From the NCBI RefSeq assembly GCF_006345805.1, contig NC_043000.1, forward strand, positions 120,404,001 through 120,468,000: a stretch of 64,000 nt of DNA, in the 5' to 3' direction. Origin of the DNA: Octopus sinensis. Lineage: Eukaryota. Shown here piece after piece: positions 37,135 through 50,401 of this stretch. A model generated the notes under the pieces. The model searched no databases, was not told where the DNA came from, and worked only from the letters and a program-made list of their open reading frames with translations. The first letter of the stretch is position 1. Each line of letters starts with the position of its first letter. Made by a program: the position numbers and the translations under genes.

Positions 37135-39430
37135 CAGTGAAAAGGTTCAAGAAAAAATTCCACGTGGTGAATTGTCGATAACAAATATAAAAAGATGGAA
37201 ATTGCATTGAAACTTTATGTTGGAAAAGATATATATATATAATTTTATGAAAAATAATATATACATAGCCGACCGGTTTCGCTTACGCTTATCAAAATCT
37301 AGGTAGTTAGTGATAACGTTATAATTTCATGCTATCATAATAAGTTTTCATTCCATGTTAATAGGCGGAAAGATATTTTGTAAGCGAGGGGATATTTTAG
37401 AGGAGTTAAGCAGTGACTGTTGTTATTACAATCAAGGTAAGTAATAAACTTTGTTGCGGAGTGGGGTTGTGAATTGATTAGAAAATTGGTTATATGTTCA
37501 TATTCAGGCGCGGTTGATATTTTTCAATATATGTAGACATTTTATTTAACCGTTGTTGTACAAATGTTGTTCCGTTGCATTGATATATATGATAAAGTCT
37601 GGATTGGGGTTCCCTGCATTCCCCCTTAATGTGTACACTTAATGGTATTTGTCTATACCGTGAGAAACGTATTTGTTCTCTATGTAGTGGTGTTCTGCAT
37701 CTAAGAGATATTCTTGATTGCCGTATATAGTTGTGTCTATATGCTGGATATATTATGACGTAGATTAAATATATGTCTGATGGTTCTTTGAAGGCTTCAT
37801 TAATTATCTGGCTCTTTTTTGGTAAACCATAGAAAAGACTATGTTTATATTCAAATTCTGTTACATTGTGGAATTCTTTGTCAGACGTTTTCCATGTAGG
37901 TGAATTAAGGAGGAGAGATTATGCATTATTTTCTGTTGTTTATAGTTTTCGAACTTTTCGTGGTGGAAGTCGTTTGCTAGCATAAACATCACTACGTCAT
38001 TGTTGTATTCTGCGTCCATCAGTACAGAAGGCGTATGGCTTAATGTTTAGAGTAATCCGCTCACGATTCTAAGATTTATGAGTTCCATTCTAGACAGTGT
38101 GATATGTTCTTGAGCAAAACATTTTATATCACGTTGCACAGTCTACTCAACTGGCAAAAATGAGTCGTACCTATATTTCAAAGGGCCAGCCATGTCTCAT
38201 TCTGTGTCACGCAGAATCTCACTGAGAACTACGCTAAAGATACGCATGTCTGTGGAGTACTCAGCCACTTGCACGTTAATTTCTCAAGCGAGCTGTTCTG
38301 TTGAATAGATCAAATGGAACTTTCGTCATCGTAATCGACGGAGTAACAGACAGTATTACAGCATTGTCTTTTTCGTCTTCTTTTAATGTCACTTCTTTAC
38401 CATTTTGCAATTTAATTAAGCTTTTTTTCATTCAGTAGTGCTGAGGTTTGAATTAATTCTTTATACAAGGTATTATAAAAGAAATTCAGAATGTGGTCTC
38501 GACAGTCGCCGAGTGCTTTATTCCTACATTTAGGTGTAAGATAATTGCTTTTTCTAACTAGTCAATCATCATATATATTATAGTTAAGTAGTTTTTCTAT
38601 AAGTCGAAACTTCCAGCAAAATTCCATAACGTCTTTGCTTTCATTCTGATTAGAGTAAATTGTATTCCTTTTGTTTGTATATAAATTTTTGTTGTTGAAA
38701 AGTTTTCTTTGATTAATTTATTGTTCTGGATTTTTAGCGCATGTTTTGTTCCAACGTGTCTCACTGTTTCTCCGAACTAGATCTAAAATCGTTTATCGTA
38801 ATTAACTTGATGTGGATTGTAAGTGTTACTATGAGAATTACATTTGAAAAGTGAGAGGAGTGATTTTGTTGTCTAAGCATATAATGTGCATCCAAAGACC
38901 TAATTTACGTCATAACTTGTTCAGCAGGTGGAAAAAAATGTCCCTCAGACAAAGAACAACACTGCATAGAGATCAAATATGTTTCCTAAGGTATAGACAA
39001 ACACCATTAAATATACACATTGAGAGATATGCAAGATATCTCAATCTAGATTTTAAAATTTCCTCTATATGCCAATGCAACGGAGCAACTTATGTACAAC
39101 AATGGTTAAATAAAGAGACTACATTTATTGAAAAATATCAACCGCGCCTGAATATGAATACGTGACCAATTTTGGACTTCGTAAATATTTTAGTTCATAG
39201 ATATATATATATATATCTTTTTAGTCTACATATAATTCATTCACTTTCCTAAAAGCAAAAGAGGGAATTACCACCTCTGCTCGTAATAATAACAATCACT
39301 GCTTAACTCTCTTAAAATATATTTTCCTCCTGATTCATTTATAAAATATCCTTCCGCCTACTAACATGGAGTGAAAACTAATTATGATTTATGATTGCAT
39401 GGAATTATCATATTATCACTAATTAGCTAG
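37135..39430 (-). mobile_element. Penelope-like element, internally deleted, with inverted 5' pseudo-LTR
   Basis: Minus strand: degenerate IKxADKG-like motif (about 38360), FYGLPK (about 37820), GIY-YIG (37770-37490), hammerhead-like motif (37266-37295). Plus strand 38830-39430 is an inverted copy of the endonuclease and 3' UTR (LIYVITC...RTTLHRDQI...FIEKYQPRLN). Confidence 0.88.
38015..38350 (+). mobile_element. SINE family D head with tail type X, inserted in the PLE
   Basis: Head like 51439; tail like 22780-22987. Confidence 0.8.
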
Positions 39431-39461
39431 GGAGGATTAACACATGAGAAGCCAGTGACTT

Positions 39462-39515
<54 letters not shown>

Positions 39516-39544
39516 ATATAAAATTATTTTGTGCATTTTCCTAC

Positions 39545-39760
39545 TTTTGACTGCGGCCATGTGTACGTGTTTCACCCCCATCAACATGGTTCCGGGTTCT
39601 ACCCCATGTCGTTTGACTGGGGTCGAACAATTCGACTCCCAGACTTATTCTTTGTCAGCCTAATACTTATTTTATCGGTATATTTAACTGAAACGCTAAG
39701 TTACGGGGACGTAAACACCAACATCGGTTGTCCAGCGATGGCGATGGGACCGACACAGAC
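39545..39760 (-). mobile_element. Rearranged SINE family A tail
   Basis: GACTGCGGCCATG and the tail body segments. Confidence 0.7.
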
Positions 39761-40183
39761 ACAGGCATATACTCTTTGTGCCTGTCAAATCCTATATCCC
39801 TGCCGTAAGGCTTTACTTCCACACACGCCATTTTTATTTAATTCACCTTTTTGTCCCGCTTTTTGTATTTGTGTAATATTCTCCGTTTCTTTCCGTCCTT
39901 GTTTTTGTATACATTCGCTACTTTCTTCAAAGGAATCTAATGCTATTAGCTTGGTTTTTACTTGGCGCTGGCCAGGTAGGAGAAATCTCGAGTATAACTA
40001 GCCGAAATTGCAAAGATAATTTGGAACTCGACTGAGGAAAGAAAACTCCGAATGACCCGTCCTTGTTTTCTTTGTATCATCTATCTGGATGTTTTGCGTT
40101 CTTGTCCTATCTTGCATTTTTATATGCAATACATATACATACATATATGTATATATATATATATATATTATATATATATATAT

Positions 40184-40216
<33 letters not shown>

Positions 40217-40217
40217 G

Positions 40218-40252
<35 letters not shown>

Positions 40253-40278
40253 GTATATATACTTTATTTAAAAGTTGT

Positions 40279-40395
40279 AGAAATATAACAAAAGCTGTTA
40301 CTCAGAGTTTTACGTTCCCGTTCGTCGACAATTTTGTTAAAATTTTAACAAAAAGGGAACGTGAAAGTCTGAGTAACAGCTCTTGTTATATTTCT
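40279..40395. repeat. Inverted repeat with degenerate hammerhead-like arms
   Basis: 40279-40320 is complementary to about 40355-40395. Confidence 0.85.
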
Positions 40396-40515
40396 GCTGC
40401 TTTTAAATAAAGCATATTACTCTACCTCTAGTATTTGAGTACTCTTTTTACCACCTTGTTTCACATTTATGTACTTACTCCGGCATATGTATATATATAT
40501 ATACATACACACACA

Positions 40516-40592
<77 letters not shown>

Positions 40593-40964
40593 CATTCACA
40601 TATATCCATCACACACTTATGGTATCAACAAAGCTTAAAGGACGCTACATGTAAATATGTCCACTTTAAAAAGGGCAACGATGAGTTAGTATTTTTGAGG
40701 TTGAGATGTATAACGCTCTTATGGTGTGAAGTGTAAAAAATAAAGTGATGAAGCATTTTAGTAAATAAATTAAACAATATATATAGAAAGAAAAAAGAAC
40801 AGGTAATGAATAGAAATTGGAAGAAAGAATTAATTACAAATTGATTACAAACTGATAGAGATTGGGATGGATGCGCAGAACGAGAAGCACCGATAGACGT
40901 GACTATGGAAACGAGAGGCAGAAAGATAGACAGACAGAGATTGAAAGCCTGATAGATAGCTAGG

Positions 40965-41004
<40 letters not shown>

Positions 41005-41037
41005 TACACAGACATATATATATATATATATATATAT

Positions 41038-41075
<38 letters not shown>

Positions 41076-41378
41076 AGGGAGAGAGAGAAAGAGAGAAATA
41101 GAGAAAGGGGAGAGACAAACGAATATTGGTGAAAGAGGAGAGGAGAAAACATTTTCAAAAATGGTGCAAGGAAGTGTTGGCATCTCTGAAAGAAAATTGA
41201 AGAAATAGGAAAAAAAAAAAAACCCCCAAAATAACACAAAAAATCCATCGCTCTTACACAGCATTACACGAGATCAAACGTAAATTGGTAATTATACAGT
41301 AATTATTGGGTTTATTAAGCATAAAATGCCTAAAAGAATTAGAATCACTATTTCGAACGAGATCTGGCGGCAGCAGCG

Positions 41379-41415
<37 letters not shown>

Positions 41416-41639
41416 TAGCTACAGCAGTAGTACAAGTAGTAGTAGCAGTAGCTGTTGCTGTTGTTGTGCTGGTGGTAATAGTAGTAGTAGTAGTATTTGT
41501 AGTCGTAATAGTAGTAGCAGTAGTAGTTGTGTTAGTAGTAGTAGTTGTAGTAGTAGTAGTAGTAGCTGTTGTTGTTGTAGTGCTTGTAGTAGTAGGCGTA
41601 GATGTTGCTGTTAGGGTAATAGTAGTAGTAGTAGTAGTA

Positions 41640-42106
41640 ATATTAGTAGTAGTGTGGAGGCGCTTTGCTCAGTGGTCAATATGTTGCACTCTCGTTCTTA
41701 AGACCAGGGTTTCGATTCCTTTGCCCGGGATTTGCGTTGTGTTTTTGAGCAAAATCCTTCCTTACCTGTTGTTTCCAGTCCTTTCAATCGTAAAAAATGC
41801 GTAATCCTGCGACGGATCGACTTCCCGCCTAATAGGAGGCGGGAGGACCAGTGGTGGTGGTGGTGGGGAATTATACAATGCAGAATCCAATAATCTGGCA
41901 CAGGAGGGACCTTTCGATACTTTATCTTTAATAGTATTACTAGAAGAAGTAGAAATAATGGTTGTAGTAGTATTAGCTGTAGTAGTAATAGTGGTAATAA
42001 ATAGCAGTTGTAGCTATTCTGGTAGTATTTGTATTAGGAACTGACTGGGTAGAAGGTGTGGGGGTGGTACTTGTATCAGCAGACATAGTAGTATTAGCAG
42101 CAGCAC

Positions 42107-42143
<37 letters not shown>

Positions 42144-42673
42144 ATTATTATTATTATTAGTAAGTAGTAGTTAGTAGTAGTAGTAGTATAGTAGTAGTAT
42201 TAGTAATATTAGTAGTAGTGTGGAGGCGCTTTGCTCAGTGGTCAATATGTTGCACTCTCGTTCTTAAGACCAGGGTTTCGATTCCTTTGCCCGGGATTTG
42301 CGTTGTGTTTTTGAGCAAAATCCTTCCTTACCTGTTGTTTCCAGTCCTTTCAATCGTAAAAAATGCGTAATCCTGCGACGGATCGACTTCCCGCCTAATA
42401 GGAGGCGGGAGGACCAGTGGTGGTGGTGGTGGGGAATATATACAATGCAGAATCCAATAATCTGGCACAGGAGGGACCTTTCGATACTTTATCTTTAATA
42501 GTATTACTAGAAGAAGTAGAAATAATGGTTGTAGTAGTATTAGCTGTAGTAGTAATAGTGGTAATAAATAGCAGTTGTAGCTATTCTGGTAGTATTTGTA
42601 TTAGGAACTGACTGGGTAGAAGGTGTGGGGGTGGTACTTGTATCAGCAGACATAGTAGTATTAGCAGCAGCAC

Positions 42674-42770
<97 letters not shown>
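41640..42770 (+). repeat. Near-identical 566-bp tandem duplication containing a SINE-like head
   Basis: GTGGAGGCGCTTTGCTCAGTGG at 41654 and 42220. Units differ by only a few bases outside microsatellites. Confidence 0.95.
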
Positions 42771-42904
42771 AGTGGTAACAGTGAGGTCTGCTAACAAGTA
42801 CTCCGTTTCGCTCGTAAGTGGCAGACCCCGAAGAAAAGCACCAAACAAAAATACTAAAAAAGTATCAAAATTTCAAAAAGAAACTAACAATATCATTATA
42901 CACA

Positions 42905-42921
42905 TGCGTACATGCATATAT

Positions 42922-42965
<44 letters not shown>

Positions 42966-43295
42966 TGTATATATACACTCACACACACATATATATGTAT
43001 ATATATATATGAATGCATGTATATGATGTATATGTATGTATATGTATGTATGCATATATATAATATATATATCTGTGTGTATATGTATGTATTTATATGT
43101 ATATATTTGTATGTATACATATGTTTGTATATATGTGTACATATATATGTATATATATCTGTTTATATATATGTATATATATATGTATGCATGTACATAT
43201 ATATATATATATATTATATATATATATATACATGCATACATATATATATATATACATATATATAAACACATATATATATACATATATATGTACAT

Positions 43296-43344
<49 letters not shown>

Positions 43345-43398
43345 GCATACATATATATATATATATAATATATATATATATAGATATATATATACATG

Positions 43399-43449
<51 letters not shown>

Positions 43450-43460
43450 TATATATATCC
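42905..43460. repeat. TA/TG microsatellite block
   Basis: Direct inspection. Confidence 0.95.
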
Positions 43461-44606
43461 ACTCCCTATCATTTAGGCAACACCGTCCTCTCATAGCTCA
43501 TTTACTTCGAATCTGTTTCTACTTTAGAAATCTAAGAAGTAGGCAATTAATAATCATAACGAGCTTAATAACACATGAGATGCTATATTTAATGGCGATT
43601 GAAAAGGATTGATAGCTTACGAGGACTACATAGACCCGCTTGACAATCATAAGACTTGATGTTTCGAAATGAATAATATTAAAATTAGTATCTGTAAATG
43701 TATTTGAATAAATTTCATTGAAATATTAGCTTATTAGTTTGAACTTAAACCTTGTTGACTGAATCTTGTCTTTCGTTCTTCTGTTTCTTTCACTCCTCTG
43801 TCGTCTGTTTTCTTTCATTTCATTTCTGTTTATTTTCCCTCCATCTTGCTTTTCTTTTTCGACTCTAAATCATTGATCTTTCCTTCTTTCTGTATCCTAT
43901 CTTATTTTTCGTGACTTCCGGTTCGTTTCCTTTTTCTGTTCGCTCATCTTTATTTTCTTTTATCCCCCACTCTCTCTAGCATTCCTTTATTTTTGCCATA
44001 GTCTGATTTTAGAGATCGGGAGAGATAAAGAGAAAGAGAGAAAGATAGGTGGAAAGGAAGAGGAAAAGAGAGAGAAAGAAAGTAAGTGAGCGTCTGTATA
44101 TGCTGAAGGAAATCGAAGAATGAGAATGTGTGTGCATAAGAAAGAGAAAAAGAGAGAGGAAGATATATAGAGAAAGTGATATAGTGTGTGTAAGAGAGTG
44201 AGAGAGAAAGAGAAAAGAAAGGTAGAAAGAAAGAAAGGTATATGTGTGTGTTCCTCTGTGTGTGTGTGTGTGTGTGCGCAAAGAAAGGTAGAAAGAAAGA
44301 AAGAAAGAAAGAAAGGTAGACAGAAAGAAGAAAAGGAAGGAGGAAAGAAAGAGAGAGCGACATACTTTTCTATTTTTGCTCATTCTCGAAACGTAATTCA
44401 CTTTCCAATACTGCTTAGAGTAACTTCTCTTCACCTTACAGGTTAAATGCATTTTAGCAATATCGTATCTTCATAATCTGTTTTAAAATCCCACCCACAA
44501 CGAAAACACTTTAGGTGTTATTATAATTATGCCATTGTTCTAACTAGTATTAAATCTCTGCAAGACAAGAGAATTATCGATATTCTGTTAATATTTCGAA
44601 CAACCA

Positions 44607-45248
44607 AGGCGACGAGCTGGCACAAAAGTTAAAATGCCGGGCGAAATTCTTAGCTGTATTTCGTCTGCCGGTACCTTCTGAGTTCAAATTCCACCGACGT
44701 CGACGTCTTTATGTTCTGAGTTCGAATTACCTCGAGGTCGACTTTGCCTTTCGTCCTTTCGGGGTCGATTAAATAAGTACCAGTTACGCCCTGGGGTCGA
44801 TATAATCGACTTAATCCGTTTGTCTGTCCTTGTTTGTTCCCGCTGTGTTTAACCGCTTGTGGGTAGTAAAGAAATAAGTATTTCGTCTGTTTTTACGTTC
44901 TGAGTTCGAATTCCGCCGGGGTCAACTTTACCTTACATCCTTTCGGGATCGATTAAATAAGTACCAGTTTGGCACTGGAATCGACTTAATCCATTTGTTG
45001 GTTCTTGTTTGTCCCCTCTGGGTGTAGCCCCTTGCGGGCAGTAAAGAAATTAGAAACGTTAGCACGCCGGGCGAAATTCTTAGCTGTATTTCGTCTCTCT
45101 TTATGTTCGGAGTTCAAATTCCGCCGATGTCTACTTTGCCTTTCATCCTTTTGGGTTCTGTAAATTAAGTACCAGTTGTGTACTGGAATCGATCTAATCG
45201 ACTGGCCCCCTCCCCCAAAATTTCGGGCCTTGTGATAGAGTAGAAACG
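44607..45248 (+). mobile_element. SINE family B head-to-tail multimer (about 4 units)
   Basis: Repeated GTTCTGAGTTC(A/G)AATT modules. Flanked by a 78-bp direct repeat. Confidence 0.88.
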
Positions 45249-45827
45249 ATTATAATTATGCCATTGTTCTAACTGGTCTTGAATCTCTGCAAGACAAGAG
45301 AATTATCGATATTCTGTTAATATTTCAGTCAACCTACTTCATTCATGTTTATGTCATTAGCATCCAGGCAATGACCTAAGAATATTGTTGAGCTTTCCAT
45401 AGGGGGTACAAATGATAAAACTGTTGATAATAGCCTACTGTTTGTGCCGCTAAGGCTTTCTAGAACAATATATTCAGCAATTATTGCTGAAAACCTTAAT
45501 CATGCAGATCATCCCAGTCACATGTTTCAAGGTTCAGTCCCACAGTATGTATGTATGTATGTATGTATGTATGTATGAATGTATGTATGTATGTATGTAT
45601 GTATGTATGTATGTATGTATGTATGTATGTATGTATGTATGTATATTTGTATTGTTATTGTATATATATTCGTGTAACATTGTCGGTTTTTTTCCCGTCC
45701 TTGTTTTTGTATACATTCGCTGCTTACCAAGGAAAAACTAAGCTCTTATCTTAGTATTTCCTTGGGGCTGGCCAGATTGGAGCAATCTCAAGAATAATAA
45801 GCCGAAAGTGCTTCACTGAGGAAAGAA

Positions 45828-45914
<87 letters not shown>

Positions 45915-45944
45915 TGTATGTATGTATGTATGTATGTATAAAGT

Positions 45945-46150
45945 TAATCAAAACATGAAAACACAAAGAGAAAACACAACAACGCGAGGACGTGGAACGA
46001 GTATAGTGTTATTGGACGCGCAGGAAAGGAAAGAGAGGATTTAACGTTTCGAGCGGAGCTTTTCGTCTGAAACATAGGAAAAGGAAAGATCCAAGGAAGG
46101 GAAGACGGAGGAAAAAAATCGCCAACGATACACACACGGTCACATTTTGA
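45945..46150 (-). mobile_element. Family P2 element, second copy
   Basis: Reverse complement of 36243-36440. Confidence 0.8.
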
Positions 46151-46514
46151 ATATATATGAGACTGCTTAGATATTTAAGTATATGCATGACAAGACATAC
46201 ATAATACTAAACAAGCAAATCACACACAGAAACACACACACAAGCAAGCACACACACACACTCACACACACACACACACACCACACACACACACACTCAC
46301 ACACACACACACACTCACACACATCAGGTATGGATACGTGCAGATTTGTATGTTTAGTATTATATATGTCTTCTCATGCATATACTTGTATATCTAGACA
46401 GTCTCATATATCTTTAAATGATAAACTTCTGGAAAGTTTTACAGGTTTTTACCGTTCCGTTGATAGCTTGGATTTGTAGTCTTCGAATTAGCTTTCTCCT
46501 TTCTGCTTTTGAGA

Positions 46515-46545
<31 letters not shown>

Positions 46546-47185
46546 TGTATGTATGTATGTTTGTAAGAATGTATGTATGTATGTATGTATGTATGTATGT
46601 ATGTATGAATGTATGTATCTATGTATGTATGTATGCATGCTTCTATGCAAGCACGTATGTATGTATTCACATATGCATGCCTGCTTGTGTGCATGTATAC
46701 ATGGACGGACGGATGTATGCCTGTATATACGTATGCATGTATGAATGTATGTATCTGTGCATATGTATGTATGCATGGATGGATGCATGCATGCCTGTAC
46801 ATACGATGTATGTATATATGTATGTATGCACATATGCATTCCTGCATGTGTGTATGTACGTATGTATAAATGGATGCATGCATGCATGCCTGTATATACG
46901 TATATATGTATGAATGTATCTATGTGTGCATGCATGTAGGTATGCATATATGTATATATGTATGCATGTATGTATGTATGAATGTATGCATATATGTATA
47001 TATGTATGTATGTATGTATGCATGGATGGATGACTGTATGCCTGCCTGCATATACGTTCGTATGTGTGCATGACTGGATGCATGCATGCCTATACATACA
47101 TATATATGTATCTATGGATGGATGGATGGATGCTTGGATGGATGGCTGCATGTATGCATGTATGTATACATATATGTATGTACAT
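46515..47185. repeat. Degenerate ATGT/ATGC/GGAT tetranucleotide block
   Basis: Direct inspection. Confidence 0.95.
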
Positions 47186-48505
47186 CCACTGATCTTGCTC
47201 ACCTCTTTTATTTCACTCCGTACTTCAAAATTCTTATAAAATTTACACCCACCACTGTTAGTTATTGCATGTTAAGATTGGAGTGTCAGGATTATAGCAC
47301 TCATGCAAAGTTGGCAATTTTCCTCTACGAAGGAAGGAAACATCTCGAAGATTTAAGATGTTGCACTGGATATTCGTTTTCTATCTTCCCCATCACATTT
47401 AATGGTGTGTATGAAATAGTCACTATGTTTCCGGACGTATCGTCATTATCATTTTAGTCTCTTTACATTTTACTCAAAACTCCACATTCCAGTTTAATCT
47501 AGCGAGATAGTCATTGCGTAATTGAAGGCTATAATCCACTCTCCGACAACCCCTCATTCACTTCCAGTTCACCATTACTTTTTCCTACCGTCGGCATCAT
47601 CGTTGCCGTCAGGTATCTCCAACAGTTGATTTTTAGTAGTTAATACGATAGATAAAGTTTTTATGGCTGTTATTCTACGATGGACAATTTGTTATCACCT
47701 ATTATTTTCAGTCAGAGATGGTGGTTACAGCGCTGAAATAGAAAGATTATGCAAAAGAATGAGAACGTCGGAGACCGAGAGCAAGAGAAAGGATAGTCCG
47801 ACCACGCATCTGTGGCATGTGTATGCCTGTGTATGTCTGTGAGTGAATGCGCGAAAAAGAAAAAAAAGACAGACAGGAGAATATGAGGATGACAGAGAAT
47901 ATACGAGAAAGATAGAGAGAGAGAGAAAGAAAGAGAGAGAAAGAGGGAGAGAGAGAGAGTTTTACCGGGTAGATGGGTTGAAGAAAAATTTTTAAATTGG
48001 TGAAAGTGGCTAAAAGACAAAATGATAACGCGAAGCGCGTAGAGGGAAACGAGGTGAAAGAAAATGATAGAAGAAGAGAAGAGGGAGAACGACGGGGAAA
48101 AATACGTCGTATACTGAGATTTATAGCATTCGGGTTATTATTAACCGATATCTGTTATTAAGTTGTGAATAAGTAAAACCATTAAGATATGACAGTTATA
48201 AAACGTGGCTTTTTACTTTGTAAAATTCTTCGTTGGGAAAGCAATCAATATATTCTACCGCAGACTAACATTCTGTTCGAAAGTTGCCAGTGGTAGGCTT
48301 GAAATATTTACACGATTCCAAAAATCTTTTAGGAAGTGTCATGGAGAAGAAAAAAAAGAGAACTTTGACATTGGGGTACCCAATTGGTGTGCCTGCTTTC
48401 ATTTTTATTTATATTGCTTATGTAATGGACAAATTGCTACAACCTAAGTATTAATTGACTGTAACTATTGAATATCTTGCATGTATAATTGCTTCTTCTC
48501 TTAAG

Positions 48506-48721
48506 GCAGCGAGCTGGGGGAATCGTTTGCACGCCGGTCAAAATGATGTGCGACATTTTGTCCGCTTTATGTTCTGAGTTGAACTTCTGCCGAGGTCAAT
48601 TTTGCGTTTCATCCATTCGGTGTTGATAAAATCTTTACCAGTCAAATGTCTTCTACCGTAGCCTCGGGTCGACCAAAACTTTTTGGGTGGATTTGGTAGT
48701 CGGAAACTGAAAGATACCCGT

Positions 48722-48753
<32 letters not shown>

Positions 48754-49010
48754 CATATAGCAAATAGCGATACAACAAGGCACCAATGTTTGATACGTAT
48801 TGATACGTGTCTTTGTGTTCCTGTTTTTCCCCACACCGCTTGATACGAGCTGCTGCTTTGTTCACGTAACAGTAACTTAGCTGTCTGGCAAAAGAGGACG
48901 ACAGAACAAGTTCCAGACTCAAAACCAGGCGTATAGGGGGCGATTTATTTGACTAAAACTTGAAGGCAGTGCTCCAAAGTTCCCTCAATAAAATGACTGA
49001 ACAAAATAAG
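48506..49010 (+). mobile_element. SINE B head joined to a degenerate SINE A body and tail
   Basis: B segment at 48506-48640, then A body at 48645-48720 and A tail at 48810-49010. Confidence 0.7.
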
Positions 49011-49677
49011 GGATACAAAATATAAAAGGACATCCTTCGTAAAGCAATTTTCGTAACAAGAATAAAGCATAGAATGACAATAACATGAAGTTATGATTAT
49101 GTTAAGTCGACTTTAGAAGCTTGTTCCGATTTCCATTGCTGTATGATATCTAATATTTTATAAAAGTTGCTACTACCACACATTCTCATTCGTTTCTCAT
49201 GTTATAAATCATTGTTAAAAGTGCGAAGAATCTGAGTTTGTTGGGAAATGGTACAAGTTCCAATTGTTGATATTTTATCCCATTTACATATTTAATGCTT
49301 TCTGAAGTTCACAAAAGTGACACAAACCACATTCTGTCAATTATAACGCCAGAGTGTAAAATATTCTCGAATTAGTTATTCTACAGTTGTTGTCAAAAGC
49401 ATTTCGTTTGACTTCTTATGTCAACCTATACCATAAATATATAGTCACAATGGCTATTATCTATATTCAAGACGAATTTGGCATACATACATAGACAGAT
49501 CTATGTATATATGTATATATATATGAATGTATGTATATGTATATATATGTATATAAAAGTTATATATACATATATATAAATTATCTATCTATCTATATAT
49601 ATATATATATATATATAACGTTCATATATATATATATATATTTCAAGTGTGTATAAATCATATGTATATATACATAT

Positions 49678-49945
49678 TTATGTGATCACCGTGACCGACA
49701 AGGCCATCAGATGCTGCTACACATCGCTGGTCACAATGCGCTTCGCATTGTTTTAGCCTTCAAATGACGCCATCCCGCTGGTTAAGCGAGCAGACCAATA
49801 GAAGAGTGAAAGTTGTGGCGAAAGAGTACACCCCCCCCTGTCGGAGCCTCGTGGAGCTTTAGTTGTTTTCGCTCAATAAATACTCACAACGCCAGGTGTG
49901 GAATTCGAAACCGCGATCCTACGACCGCCAGTCCGCTGCCCAAAC
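49678..49945 (-). mobile_element. SINE family C, tail type Y
   Basis: Reverse complement of 8151-8453. Confidence 0.9.
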
Positions 49946-50401
49946 CACTGGGCCATTGTGCCTCCACATATATTTATGTTTCTATATATAAATTATATAC
50001 TCACATACACATATATATGTGTGTGTGTGTATTTCTGTAGTAGATATGTTCTGCTTCAAACAGGCACACACACACATACATGGCGGGATTCTTTCTGTTT
50101 CCGTCCAGCAATTCTAGTCACATGGCTTCGCTCGACTCGAGCCTGTAGTAGAAGGCACTAGCCCATGGTGCTCGTGCATGTGTGAGTATGTGTGCGCGTA
50201 TTTAATTTCTTCCTACCGTCCTACACCCCATGTACCCACTCACACGAACACACACATGCGCACGTACATATATGGTATTAGAGAGTTTACCAAAGTTATT
50301 GTTGCAATATTTGATGCTGGTAGACCGTTCCTATAAAAGGCAAACGGTCTATAGTTCGTATCTAATTATCATCTCTGTTGCCTGACAATGCCTAATATAT
50401 T

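Noticed and set aside
44607-45248. CRISPR-like regular repeats
   Set aside because: These are tandem SINE units with homologous, not unique, spacers, in a eukaryotic context.
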